DNA of 58,204 bases, the filler included, from Sphacelaria rigidula (Eukaryota): the NCBI GenBank assembly GCA_964200075.2. It is 8 parts of 8 records of this genome, joined end to end, with 100 filler letters (N's around TTAATTAATTAA, not from the genome) between each part and the next. Parts side by side here need not be neighbours in the genome. Positions count along the whole stretch, not along the records: positions 21,865 to 29,052 come from CAXNAA020016058.1; positions 29,153 to 36,340 come from CAXNAA020016059.1; positions 36,441 to 43,628 come from CAXNAA020016060.1; 5 more parts are not named here. One strand, written 5' to 3'. This document shows, piece after piece, positions 22,598 to 36,637 of the stretch. Every line of letters begins with the position of its first letter. The first letter of the stretch is position 1. A model generated the notes under the pieces. It did not search any database. It had not been told where the DNA came from and saw only the letters and a program-made list of their open reading frames with translations. The position numbers were made by a program, and so were the translations under genes.

Positions 22598-25500
22598 ATG
22601 CTCTTGACACCTTGAGCCTTCGTCCTCGCCCATTTTCCTCTCTGCAATCAACTCTTGCTTGTTCGCTGTACGGCTCAAGCATATATATATATGTATATAT
22701 ATATGGTTCATACAACTTTCTCGTTCATCCATTCGATGTCCGGCTTGTATGTTAGCAACTTGCATAGTCTCCACGATAAACACATGGGTCGTTCAAAACA
22801 AGCCAGCAACTTTCATCAGATTATTTTCGGTGTAAATCTCGGCAAAGGAATGTGTGGAACCCATGGACTCTCAAGACCAGAAGAATGTAGCCCTGCCCCG
22901 GGGACAGTCATAGCGCACAGGTAGATGGTCATCTTCATATTGATTGTCAGAGCGTGCACGAGTATAGACGGTCAACGGGAACTGGCGGAGCATCCGTCTG
23001 GTGGCCTCATGCAAACATACAGCATGCAGCTTCACTCATAGCCGCTCAATCCTTGTGGATCCGGGTTGATTATCACTCATGAGTAGCTACATAGAAATTG
23101 GGAGGCGGGCACCAACAACGATTGTTGACGAGCACTGTTGCAGCCTTCATGCAGTCCTGTGACCCACCGCTGCGGGTATTATCAATCAAATAATGGTATA
23201 TTCAACAGTACACCTGGAAACACCCCGTTCTTGTATTGAAAGTCGTGAACTATATAAAAATACACGGTTGGGCAAGGTGTATTCAAAACCGGAGCAGACA
23301 TCACACAGCCTCAAGTTATCCCACAGGGAGAACTGCGTTGAGGTCATATCCATTTTCCATGACAATAAATATTCCGACTATCAATGACCTGCCCCCCCTG
23401 ACCAGGGGGTAGGGTAAATGCCTCATGTTTCGTCCATTCAAACCTCGTAATTTCACGACAAATTGGCTGCCTAGTCTGGTAGCATGCGTAATTCGTGATT
23501 CGATGGAGATTCACTACAGACAGGTCGCGATGCGTTTTCGGAGTTGATAGACACAAACATTCCACACCACTGCGTATGGTCCACTTAACCGCCATCCTTC
23601 TCAGCATCATATTTACCCAACACGCGGCAGCATTGTAAACCTGCAGGATCATGACGGATAACGGTACGCGGCGGCATTGTGAAGCTGCATAACGATCAGC
23701 ATGTCAGGTTTTGCGGTAATAGCTATTTCAAGCGTGGCTGACGTTGGTGAACGAACCGGAACACCAAGACCTGACTGCCAGCCTCGATATACTTGCGTCG
23801 TGAAGCTAATCGAATGCAGCGGTAACAAACCGCAGTGCTATGGAGGAGATAGTGCGGGCAGTTTACAATCGGTTCAGTCATCTTGTACAGCCATCCTGAA
23901 ACAGTATCACAGTAAATAAAAGGGTAGCATGTGGTGAAAACGAAGTGGCGTATACATAAACTAAGCATCAAAATGCAAAAATCAAGGCATACGGCGACAG
24001 CGGCGTCATCTGTGAACGAGTCCAAACCAACGTTACTCCGTCCAGCGGCAACGCCTAGAGCTTGAACTTGAAGCAGTGGGGTTAAAATGATATAAATCTA
24101 ACCTAGTTTGCATGCCCCATGCCGTTTCTGCATGTGTCTGTAACACGCGGATATTCGCGCCTACAGTGAATGCACGTCACTCGCTGCTAAAGTGCCTAAA
24201 TGCATGAAAAATATCGCGCCCCGGCAAGCTTTGGGCACGTAAAGCACTCTACCGTGCGTCTGTGACTTTCGAAAGCGATAGACGTAGCATTCAAGCAATA
24301 CTGTATGTCGCTTACAAACAACCATCCTTTATAGCATCATCACTACCAATCGCAACGGTTGTTTCACGACGGAGTTGCAGGGTTGAACACTTCAACTTCA
24401 AGCCCAGCTGGCGTGTTGTCCCGGTTTTTGTGCCGGAACGGAAGGTGTAACAACAGCTGCCATTTAGTGCGTAACGTACATACAACGGTGTCCATTACAC
24501 GCCCCGTCTATCGCCCACCTCAGCGGTTGCTTGAGCTGTGAATACAACCATGGTTACTCCAGTTTTTTCCACACTATCGCCGCTAAGATGATTGGTAGCA
24601 TTCGAGGTGGTACCGGCATGTCGCATTAGGTTACACAAAGCCGGGTATCAGATCGCATTATACTGCCGCATGCAACACATGATGGTCTGTCCGCACGTCA
24701 ATAATCTCACCGTCATACAAAGACATATATCACAGCAATATAGCAAAAATAAAGCATGGAGTACCCCGCTCTTGAGCTGGTATCCCTTCACGGCGCGGTT
24801 CGCAGGCATAGAACGAGTGAACTCGCGTCACCTCCATGCTACTATAACCCACTGCAGAATAGTATAGGAGAACGGTATCTTGCCTTAGCGTGGAAGCATG
24901 GTTTCGAACTGTTGGCGAGCGCGGTAACCCGAAAGAGGTGGGTCGTGTGCACACAAAACTACTCGTGCGCGTATTTGGGAGATGCAAATGTTACATTTAT
25001 TCGAGCTGGCGGACTTGCACAAGCTAGTTGCATAACCCCAGCACCCTACTACAAAGCCAGCAACACGGTGTCTCCTTCCACAGCGAAAGACTGTGTACAG
25101 CCACATCTATGCGTTGTGTACAGTAAGTCTGCAGCCGCTTCATCACGCGGCGCGGAGACGGTGTGAAACCTGTTTGCAGTAGATTGTGCCAGAACCTCCT
25201 TTTGTCCACCTACGCTGCTTTTAATCGCGTGGGAACTGTACTCCAAAAAGCTGCATTCTCGAACTTCAAACTCAATGGGTAAACGATAATTGCTGCCTAA
25301 TGCCGTGGACACGGAGACTTGGTGGCATAGGATAAACCAGTAGGTAGCGACTTTAAGCGCACATGAGATCGACCACGGACACAGTTGATTTACTTTCACA
25401 TCCCAAGGCAACGCCTCAGTATACTTTTGATCCACGGCCTTGAAAACAGAGCATAGTTTCCGGGCGGGTCTGAATCTAAATCAAATAGCCCGAAATTATA

Positions 25501-27485
25501 TCGTTAACTGTGTGGCTACGGCCAGCTGACTCGCTTATGTAGCGGCCAGTTAACTCACGTGTGTGGCGGGCTTTTATATTCTCCATTAATTTCACATGTA
25601 CGCATGCGAAACTTAACACTCCGCCCGGACAGCGGCTGCATCTTGAGTGTGGGCAGCTGCTACATATTGGGCAGCTGCTACATATTGAAGCTCTTTACAA
25701 AATTGTAACCTTGGAGCTTTTTTTTTGTCCAGACTACCTCCTTCTTGCTCTATTGAGCGCAGCTCTGTGCATGACCGTGTAATGATGGCTCTGTTGATTG
25801 ATGTTCGCTCCGGTTTTAGTTTTGCATACGCTTCGCAATGAAAACACAGCTCTTGCAAATGAGTACAGATGGGGATCACCCGATTCAGACGTGTCCATAC
25901 TAATGTTTGTAAAAGGTGCGTTGTTGACCAATATCTCAACGTTTCTCCCCAAAAGCGGCCCGCTATCCGGAGTGAGTTTATTGTCCCCACCCTGACTACA
26001 TGCGTTTCCGCAGTTTGATTACCCCTGTACTGGCGCAAAACGTGAGCGCGTCGCTCCCAGCAAACATCCCGATAGTTCTTATTTTTCTGTCAAGTTATGT
26101 CCTTGTAAAACAAATCTGCTATGGTGATGCAACAAAATTGCACCGTGTCATTCTCATCTCATATTTCGAAGTATATATGAAAAAAGGAATCCCTGAGCCG
26201 CTGCTACGCATCTCCTCCTGCGGCAAAGGTGTGACTAGCCCGCAGATGATCTGATAAGACACCATAGTCCCGGTTGGAAGCACCATGATACAAACGGAAT
26301 AGTGTTGTTCATGTTGTTGTTGACATTGCGTACATCTACATGTGCAAGCCGAGTACTAGGGCGAACAACAACACAATTTCGGTCATGCAAGTTACGATGT
26401 CATCGCTAGCTCATGCGAACACAACTCCCTTTTACCAAACGAATGCACATTCCACCATTCCATTTGGCACACAGTTCGTTTTTACTATTTTGTCGACTTT
26501 CGTTCATCTGCTCGCTGTTGGAATCAAACATCTTACAGTCTCACCGTTATTCCTGGAACAATCGTAAGCTCACAGCACGTGGGAAAGTCCAACGCAGAAC
26601 GATACACGACGATCGTCACGATATCTCGATCAACAGCTTCAGGCCGATTCGACTTCTCTTTCTTCTTGGTGGTGTTAACTCGGTACTCCAGAGAGAAGAA
26701 AAAAAACACCAGGGCGCTGGTTGAATCGATCCTTGGAAAGAACCAAATCCAACCAGCTGTAAAGAGGCATGTTAATGTATTCCGTCTCTTGACGGATTAC
26801 ATCACCTTCACCCCTGATTGCGGTACTAGCCAGTTCCCGCAATCAGCCCTCCGGGCGTAGTGTCGTTTTGAAACCGACGACCCATCATCGTACTGCCTTC
26901 ATCCACCACGCCACGCCGCGATCTGTAGCACATCTGACACTCTGGCTTCCCGAGCAAAAGAGCGTACCACACGCTAGTTGAGGGGGGGTGTATGAGAGAT
27001 CAAACACTTGTAGAGACCTTCTTGACATGTAGAGTGAAAAACGATACCTATGGTGGTGACCTAACTGTTGCTAGCGTGGTGCAGAGGGGTGCGTCCAGCA
27101 TGTACGCACCGAATTGCTGCCAGAACACCTCGCCACAGTACAGTAGCTTTGCATATGAATTTCGATGTGAGAAGGTCATGCATCATTAGCTGGAGCGAGA
27201 TATGACCCCACGAGGAACAAGAGTGCTCTATGTATGAGCAACCACTTGTCGTTGCATTTGACACCCACGCCATCAACCGCCGACCGCAAAGGTCTTGTGG
27301 CTTTCAAGCAACGCTGGCGGCAATACGGCAGGCAAACCCGATCATAGCTAGCTTTCGTTGCTCCACCGTACTGACTGCCGCCTGCACAGAGGTCACCCCT
27401 GAAAACAACATGCTGCACCGGATTTCGCAAGAGCTGAAAATATAAAACAGCTCTGTTTTCTCAACTATTTCCATATCATTTAAAG

Positions 27486-27910
27486 GGAAAAGTGAGATCA
27501 ACCACCGGCACAAAGTTCTTCCTGGCGGATGGACCTGTTCAATTCTCCTCGAGCCTACAACGGATTATAGCTATTTCAACAACCGAGGCAGAACTAATCG
27601 CTCTACCAAAGTGCGGAGATTTTGGGACGTATCTCTTCGACCTCCTACCAGAGCTTGGATGGTCATCCATTGAATCTGCAAGTATATACTCGGACTCCCA
27701 AAGCGCACCAAATATTTCATCAAACACCAACTACGGTTCCAGCTCCAAGCACGTGGCAATAATGTTCTTCGATTTATACGATATTATTCGGACGGGAAAA
27801 CTTAAAACCAACCACGTACGTTCCGGACATCAGCTTGCAGACATCCTGACTAAGTTCTGCAGCAAGGTTATACTTCAAAGACTACTCAAAGCAGTAAGTG
27901 AATTTTGGGA
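27486..27910 (+). mobile_element. Ty1/Copia RNase H remnant
   Basis: RSTTG...IIAISTTEAELIAL...IYSDSQSA...SSKHVAI...QLADILTK are the Copia RNase HI motifs. Confidence 0.88.
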
Positions 27911-28423
27911 AGTAACAGGTATCACGGATGCATGTCTATTGGGAAGAAATGCCTTCAACACTCAACAGTACGTACGTCTCGGTCAAGGTGAATTTGTTTT
28001 GAGGGAGCCCAACGCACATCACTTCACATCATTCCCTTATCACTTCACAACTTCTCCAACACCATCATACCACCACACCTCCTACAAGACTACATGAGTG
28101 GACGCGTCAACAACAACCGCAACTCCAACAACATCAACGGCAGAAGACGGGCTGACAGAAACTCGCACGGACCGAGACACTTTTCACACCCCGGTGTGAT
28201 CAACCGCGCCCAGCCCAACCAACGAGGGAGGCACCATGCCATGACCATTAAAGCTCGTGCCTGCCTCGGATACCTACCTCCACTACGGCAAACTATTCAA
28301 GGTGCTTCAAGCGTCTACATCGACTGAGGTTTCAGGGTCTACCTCGTGCTAGACATCATGGTCCCCGGACAATCTCTGGAAGCGCGGCACACGTGGACAA
28401 ATGGCCCCCTATGGAGGGGGTCT

Positions 28424-28603
28424 ACAGGGTTTGCGTACCCTGCGCAGTGTTTCTGGCGGGAATTTTACTGTACAGTGTTTTCCAGCGTAGCACAGGACGC
28501 TTCACAGGGTTTCTCTATAGTGGTCATGAATACTGTGCAGTTTTTCTGGCGGGACGTTTACTGTACAGTGTTTTGTGCGTCTTACAGGATGCATCACAGG
28601 GTT
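28424..28603. repeat. Two tandem ~92-bp direct repeats
   Basis: CTG(C/T)GCAGT-TTTCTGGCGGGA--TTTACTGTACAGTGTTTT...ACAGGA-GC-TCACAGGGTT occurs twice. Confidence 0.75.
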
Positions 28604-28704
28604 CCGTCGCCCCGTGAAGAGTTCATCGCTGCTGGCAATGCTGTGCAGTGTGTTTACGCACAAACACTACCCTTCACATGCAGCTGCGGGCAAGGTACTG
28701 GCGG

Positions 28705-28800
28705 AAAAAAAAGACTGGGCAAGGTTGGACGGGGAATCGAACCCACGTCTTCATCTTCATCTTCATGAGGATGACCAGTTGTCCACTGCGCTACACATGA
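28705..28800 (-). pseudogene. tRNA-derived (Met-like) Pol III element / SINE head
   Basis: Minus strand: A-box TAGCGCAGTGG, stem TCATC/GATGA around a CTCATGAA loop, B-box GGTTCGATTCC, then T8. The acceptor stem does not pair. Confidence 0.6.
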
Positions 28801-29186
28801 TAGTCGTTATGAATGGTGTGTTTTCTTTGTACTTCTCAATTTGGAGGATTTTCAATTTTGGGGCCCTCGAAGGTCCGTGTCAACATTGGAATCCCCCGGA
28901 TTATTTTTAAAGGCACAAGTGCAATGGAAATCTGGAATTTGAACAGCCTCTAACTGGAGATTCTACAAAATGAGGTTGATCAGACTAATGCCGAGATAGC
29001 CCCCCCACAAAAAGTGCACCGGAGACCATTCAACGAACCGGCTGCGATCCCANNNNNNNNNNNNNNNNNNNNNNNNNNNNNNNNNNNNNNNNNNNNTTAA
29101 TTAATTAANNNNNNNNNNNNNNNNNNNNNNNNNNNNNNNNNNNNNNNNNNNNCATAATACCCCCCCCCCCTATCGTAGGATGACTC

Positions 29187-32100
29187 ACGGACGTACAGCG
29201 ATAGGCGGAGTGCCATCAGGAATATTGTTGTGAAACGGTGTCGTGGTACATCGACCTAAATCCAAGGGTACAGTAGAAAACCGTTCAGAGTATCTAATCA
29301 AGATGGATTTCAATCTGTCGATTACAGTGGGTGTCCAACCATCGCCAGAAAGATCAAAAACAATACGCCGTAAGTGAGGGGGAATGTCATCCCATAACTT
29401 TTGAAAACTGGCGCGTTGTTCTGGATTAAATCTATCCAGTAATGCAGTTGGGGGTTGAGGTTCAGGCGCATCCGGTGGATTTGTCACCACCATGGGGTCA
29501 GACGTGTGTAGCGGAGGGGGGCCCGTGGATTTCGGGGGGTCGGTCGGAGACTTGTTCGCAGGGGGGCACACATCTGACAGGGCGGTTCGTATGAGAGGCG
29601 CTCGAGCATAACCCAACAACTGACCGTCAAGTATATCGAAACATGCAGGGGGCGTGAGGTAAATGGCCTGCCTATTTTCGTGGACAAAGACTTCGGTCTG
29701 TTCAAACGGACCAACCTGTGCTCGGTCAGGTTTGAGCAATTCGACCAACTAATGTCCTGCGAGGGCGGGCGATCCACTGCGTCCCACGAGGTTCAATGGG
29801 ATAAGTTGGGGTTCACGAGAAAGCTAGACTACAGGTTCACCACCATAGTACAGACGGAAAGCATTACCTGTTTGCGTGGGGTCATCCTCATGAGCATGGG
29901 CTCCCGAATCAGTGTCAAAGTGACCCAGTGACAGTTTGCCTGTGACTGGACGGTTCGGGACAGGTGTGTCCGTCATGTACGTGTGTGTGGAAAAACGAAG
30001 CCAACTATGTCGACCCAACAAAACGTCAAAAGACATGGAACCGTCGGGCACTATTAGTGCTCATACGGACAATCGAGCAGTGGGAGTAGTATCCTGGTAG
30101 AATTGTACACTTAGTCTCACCGATTGATTGACCGAAAGAGATGTGGAGAAACCAAACCCACCAAACACACGAGGGCGCACGGTGGACAGACAATACTCGT
30201 CCGCCGCACCCGCGTTGATCATCTGTTGCCAGCAGCTGGCTATAATGAACGTTTGAGGTGAACCAGAGTCTGGTAGTGCAAGAGCTATTAAATGACAGTT
30301 TGCACGCGCTCCACTATGTAAACCTATCTTGGTCGTAAAAGAAACATCATCCATAGTTGTAGTACCACTGACGAGATCGGGCCCGAATTCGAGTAAGACA
30401 TCGGACACATCCTGCGTTGCGTTTTGAACGAAGGTGCTAAAATACACCCGTTGATGATCCTGTGGGATAAGCTTTTGGTCGGAAGGATGGTGCGTGCATG
30501 GAGTGTCAATGTTTGTGCCTGGAATATTTGTCTCATCAGTCGAGGGTTGAATATCATATACTGCAACGGAGGGGCGATGCCGGGGAAGGGCAGTTGTTGT
30601 GGTTGGACCCGATAACTGATCTATGCGTGGTGTTTCACCCTTAGTGGCCAACAGAGGGAGAGAATCGTCATTGTGCAAAGCGGGATCAATTACATTATCT
30701 AGCTTGGTCAGAACGGGGGACGATTCATCGGGGCGCGATGTTGAGTTTGATACGCCAATCTACTCAATACCACCACTAGTTTAGGCCAACATGGGAGGTT
30801 TTGGAGACGATTTGTCAGGACGCGGGGTTGGTAAAGCTGTACTGTTCAACCCGGCGTCAATTGAAGGGGCCAACGTGGGCGAGTTAGGAGACGAGCCATC
30901 TCGCGTAACACTTTGTTTGCCTGGTGACGAACACACGACCGAGGTGCCTTCATGACTAGGATGTGGACGTCCATGATTCGGCGGAGTCTCTGTCCCTACA
31001 GACAGCAACGCTTTATTGGAATTGGGTTCTAACGCAGTGCACGGGGGTTGGCCAGGGAGCAGTAACGATCTGTTCGAAATCTGGGGAGTACCGGCCTCTT
31101 CCACTTTAAAGTTTTCATCTGTCTGAGCCCACACGCAATCTCTTCCTTGGACTTCACGTGCGCTTGCTACATCAGGGTTATCTACATGATCATCTGGAGG
31201 ATCCCGCCTAGGGTGACGCGTATAGCGCACGAAAGAGTCGGCGGCTCCAGGAGCTATTGAAATGGGTTCTCGGACAGTCGAACCTAGGTCACGCTCTTGG
31301 CGCACAACCTGAGTCGCTGTCACTTGGGGTTCCATTCCAACCCGCTGAGCGACGGAAAGCATGGGTTCTTTGCGATTGCGACCCTTCAAGGAATAATTAC
31401 GCTTATCAAATAAAAGGGAACCGGGTACCGTCGTTTTTGCGAACTCGGTAGGGTGCTTAGCCGGGCACTTGAGCAGTTGGGGGGTGCTTGAGTGTGTGGC
31501 TTTGAATATGGTGTTCTCCGATGAACGGTTGAAGAGACAGTGTCTACCGTACCAGAAGATATTTCGGCTCCAGATGCGTTAGAAACTGCACTACATGACT
31601 TCCTCTCCTCCGAAGGGGGGGGGTTCGATTGAATATGATAAGTACCTCGTGGATGTAAAACTGGGTGATCAAATCCAGGATTAAAACGTTGGGTTTGATC
31701 ACTGTTCAATTGATAGCCATGCAACGGTACACGGGCTTTGACTGTCTTGGAACCCTTCAAGGCAGTGCCAGCATATCCAGGGAACCCACACCACATGGGT
31801 AAACCCGCGGTGGCCGCCGTTGATTTACGTGTGTGGTGCTTGTGACCTGGCCGAGCGAAAACAAAATGTCGACATAAAATTGGTGGATACTTCTGCGGTG
31901 AATTACCGGTCGTTGTTATTTCTAATTGTGGGATTGTGTCAACTAATGAGAGATGAACTACAGAAGTAGAAAATAAACAGGCAGGTAGCGGCGCTTAGGC
32001 TTTGGGCTAAGCAACGCGTCCTGGGTTATCCCACTGTATGCTATTTGGAATCTCCGAGCTTGTAGAACGTTCCGAAAAGGTTGTCAAGTTGTGAGGTGCG

Positions 32101-33300
32101 AGCATCAGTGCTATGTGGGTACCGCATTGGCAGGGTTCATCCGCGGCACTAGATCCACTCATGTGTAAACGTCTACTGTTTTGTGAATGAGCCGGTGCAT
32201 GTGGTTGAAAGTGTGCCAGGTCAGGTGGGTCAGGCGGTGAATCAGTTGTCGCTTCTGGGGCGGAGCAGGCGACCGTACGAACGCAGTTGTGATTGCCAGA
32301 CTTGCCAACATAGTCCAAAATGACGCGAAGCTTCCAAGTGTCTTTTGGTCAACAGCTTATATTCTTGCTCCGCAATTTCCAGAGCCTTCGTGGATACGCG
32401 TATCGCGTGTTCTAGTTCATTCTGTTCCGTCGGCTTTTTCTCGGCGTGGACATCTACATTATGGGAGGCCTGAGCGGGCTCCTGGACTCTTGTAGATACC
32501 TGTAGGCGGGCAAATTCCAACTCTCTGAGTTCAATCTGTGCTAGATCGTTGCTGCGAATCTGATCCCAGCACGCTGTTCAGCCACTGAAAAGTTGTACCA
32601 ATGGCGCGGGGGAATGAAGGTTGGACGCTTTTGCCGAAGCCGGTCGTTTGTTTCGTCACGCGTGGGCAGGGATTATTCCAATTTGGGCGGCGTATCAAAA
32701 GCCAGAGTTGGGCGATCAGAGGGTTCAGCACCGGTTTGGGTGCGGAGGTCATCGTCAGGGAAGGTTTTTGTAGCATCAGGGATCACGTGGAGAGATGCCA
32801 TCTGAGAAAGAAGAGTGGGAATACCGTCAGCGCTTTGGGTGGCTGCTTGGTGTGTAGTGGTATGTTCACTAAGGGAGGGGGGGGTGAGCATGGGGAGGAG
32901 AACTACGGTCCTCATCGAAATTTTCAGCCACATCCCTGAAAATGTGCCCTGCAAGAACGCTGTCATCGACATCAAAACGTTCCGGATTGTTGTTGGCAAC
33001 CATCTCTTTACGCATGGGTGACTGTACAGTTGTTTTACCACTGTCTGTAGGGAGCGCACCGTCTTTCGTGACGTCGTGCTCCGATGAAGTCGAAGGGCGG
33101 TTGATATAAGACATGGCTTGTACGCCTGCGCAATTGCGCCAGACTGGTAACGTAGAAATGCAGAGGTTGAAAAGGGAACATTTCGCTGTGGAATTGAGCA
33201 TAGTTGTTGAGGACTGAGGCGGCGTGAACAAAAATAAAGGAAATAGAGTGGCAAGGTACTGTCGACAGTTTTCGATCGATATGTAGTTCCGCGCACGCCG
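29187..33300 (-). mobile_element. Decayed Ty3/Gypsy-like LTR retrotransposon, 5' part (gag-like region, aspartic protease, start of RT)
   Basis: Broken ORFs with ALPDSGSPQTFI (protease DSG) and FDVLLGRHSW, then LGRCTTTPFHNNIPDGTPPIAVRP (typical Gypsy pre-RT segment). Cut by a TIR at 29186. The 5' boundary is approximate. Confidence 0.75.
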
Positions 33301-36300
33301 TACATGAATGCGGTCTACCACCATTTCAATCGGTTGCAGACGAAAAGGAAAAACAAATGTCGAAGGCACACAACAAACCGTATGTGTGTGTTGGTGGATA
33401 TATTATACGCTGTAGCAAAGAGACAAGAAGAAAACGGAGGTTGTCACAATCAACAGACATAAAGAGACTGTCACCAGCGCAACAGAGCGTTGGACAAACC
33501 TGCATGCCATGAAGGGATATACGTGTGGGACGCAGCGAACAGCAACGTCGAATCGCTCAGTTCTGTTTTGAGAACTTGTTGAGGTTGAGAAAAAAAACAA
33601 TTGTCGGATGCCGCATCGTATTTCCAGAGGCAATATCAGCGCACCTGGCGATACTCATATAACAGCACCGCCTAGTTCACTGAAAATAGCCGAGTTGGGG
33701 TCTTGGTGACGTACATCGTACGGGTAGACAATCAAAAGATGGACACGCACAACCGCGATATCGATATGCAGTGCAGTACAAACAGCAACGCACAAAGTAC
33801 CGGACAGCAAATGCTGGGTGGCACAGTACATTACGTATGATATTCGGGTGGTGGAGCGGAGGGTCGGGTCAATGGTACAGGACCAATGTCAATTCGTTCG
33901 TATCACACGAAGGACACCCGGCACAGTGCTATACCCGCGTCGTGTTCATATCTACAGTCCACTATAGATGACTTCGTTCAGATAGTGCAGCAGTACCAAC
34001 GTATGCTACAGCACGGCACCTCACCGTCCGCAACATATTGCCCGCCGAGACCATTTGTAATTCAAACGGCGCTGTACTGGCGTCAGTACTTCAATTCGGA
34101 ACAATAGTTCAATGCGAAAGGCACGCGGCCTTACGGACGATCAATTATGCACTGAGTGCGTGTTGGTGGGGCGGCAATGAAATTGTAGTGTGCCCTGGTG
34201 CCGTGTGAAAGTGAAAAGAGTACAAAGTCGAGAGATTGTGTACAAGTAACATGAGCCTCGCGCCTCGCCGTGTTCAATGATGCTCGTGTACAGACAAAAT
34301 CTTGTGTATCTGGCCCAATGTCACATCGATATAATTCTCTGTACATGGTGAGTTCAACGTTCCGTGTTTGGGCAAGAGGAGTCATCTGCACAGCGGCTGC
34401 GATTGAAATAGCCCCCGTGCTCCCTACCTGCAAGCATGGGTCTGCGTGTGTTGGGACACATGTCGGCCGGTGCGGTCGATACAGAGTTGACGAGCGGTGA
34501 GCGGGGGCACTGGCGGGGGCATTCGGGGGGTGTTTGCTTCGGGAATCTTGGAAAACTCCACGGGTCCGTCAGAGGCGTGTTAAAACGTAGAACATGTGAG
34601 CGGTTCTTTTGTTTTTGAGAACCGCTCGTGGTGAAATATGAAAAGGAAAACCGCAGTTCAGATCGCGTGTACGTGTACCTCAAGCGCCTGATGGTCCGGT
34701 CGCCAACGCCTAAAACCAGCGTGGATACTGTATGACACATCGAAGACCTGAAGCTAGACCCGACTCGGAGAGTTCGTCAACTCGAAGATGAAAAGGAGGC
34801 AGCTGCCTTCGATAAGAAAACAGCTGATCACCCGATGAATGGTGTTTACAAATATCAAGTGAAAATCAAAGGCCGGAAGTACAGTACTTGAAAAAAACAA
34901 ACAAACGTGAGCTTGTGTTTGGCTGCTGCGCGAACAGCGACCGACGAGAGAGACAGCCCTACCGCTTGAGACAACAAGCTACCTCTGAAGCCCCATAAGT
35001 GTAACGGTATACACTAGCAAGCAAGCCGCACCCCAATGGTGGGATATGGCAAGCTGATCCTGTGTCCAACTTGAATTATCAAAGCTGAGGATTCTCTCCC
35101 AACGTACAAGCCAGCTGTATTGAGCTGCAGACCAGATCCCAACTCTTGCGTGCAATGGATGAACAAATAGAAACGAGGGGTTATGTTACACGTGACTCAC
35201 TCACGTTAGCTTGTCACGGCTTGCAGACCAGTGTGTGTCAGTAGCCAGGAGCGCAGAGAATAGCTGTTGACCCTTCTTGTATTAATGCTACGTAACCCAA
35301 AACGGTGGCTAGATGGTCCAAGGATGCAAGTGAACTCGTAAGCGATGGTGGGCGCTGCTCGCAAAAACTCCTAGCTACGCATGCAATGGCCATAGTACCA
35401 ACTCGTTGTGGCGCGTGCCTTGTATCTACCTGTTTTGGCAGGTGCGTGCCCCATATGGCCAATCCGATACAATCAACCCGACTACGGCCTGCAGGCGCAA
35501 CAACGCCGATTGGGCTGTATTAGTCCAGTTTGTACGTTACACAATCACACATTCGACTAGAATCTTTTCATACTCGCCGGTCGTTTCTGGGGACCATCTG
35601 CAAATCCCAAAGAACTAGTTTAATTCAGGCAGTCATTTACCATCACATTAGCCCACCCTGGATCGTTCAAAGACAGTTCAGTTTCAGAAGGGACGAACTT
35701 GCATCGAGCCACACCTCTCCCACACCACAGAAAACTGAGACTCATGTTGAGGATCGAGTCTTCCTTGGTACGGGGAACGGGAAGGGGTGATCAACACAAA
35801 AAAATAATAAAATACAAACACAAGCACAAAGCAAGAGAAAAAAATCGAACCGATACAATAATTCAGTGTCCTCAGGTTCCGTGAGCCTTTCAGACGAAGT
35901 CATGGAAAATCCAAAAAACAAAACAAAATCGACAATCAAAATCATATACCACGAAATGCAGTGTCTTCAGAATGCCGTGAGCATTTCCGGGATAGCCACA
36001 GTAAATCAGAGACCTATCACTGAAACGATTATCCTACCCTGCAAAAACTGTATCATGAATAAATAGTTCACTCTTTTCCGGATGTTCGATTTGTTTTAGG
36101 TCATTGGTAAAACAAGCAAGCTCGCCAAAGCACTATATCACTCCGATAACCAAGTTCATGCTAATCACTCGTCCCAGTCAACCGGCAAAAGCCAGCAACG
36201 TACAGCCGATTTCGTCGCGAAAAAGGTAGTTTCCAGCGAAAATCACACGATGGGAAAAAAATAAGGGCAATGGCCTAGAAAAGGTATACCTTCTGGTTCT

Positions 36301-36440
36301 TTGCCTAAGGAAGGTACGAAAAATGGCCAGAAACGCGAAANNNNNNNNNNNNNNNNNNNNNNNNNNNNNNNNNNNNNNNNNNNNTTAATTAATTAANNNN
36401 NNNNNNNNNNNNNNNNNNNNNNNNNNNNNNNNNNNNNNNN

Positions 36441-36637
36441 TCTGGTGATACCGTCATCGACACGCGTGTACACCGCGTTCGTTAGGTGCACCTAGCCACA
36501 GCTGCTTAAGTGCTGCGGACATTTGGGGGGGAAGATGGCTTCGCTCGGTCGTAGGTGTTTCGCGCAATTCCTGCAAAAAAGAAATGTCACTTCAACCTCA
36601 TTTTTGAGATGGACCCCATTTTTCAGGATCCACCGTT
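36441..36637. repeat. Terminal part of the AAC(A/G)GTG-ended TIR family, inverted copy of 50088-50287
   Basis: Close reverse-complement match, e.g. TCATCGACACGCGTGTACACCGC and GGTGCACCTAGCCACA, ending GGATCCACCGTT. Confidence 0.85.

Noticed and set aside
26978-27480. PPT-like GAGGGGGGG followed by TGT as a Copia LTR start
   Set aside because: No second LTR copy or clear CA end was found in the contig, so boundaries cannot be supported.
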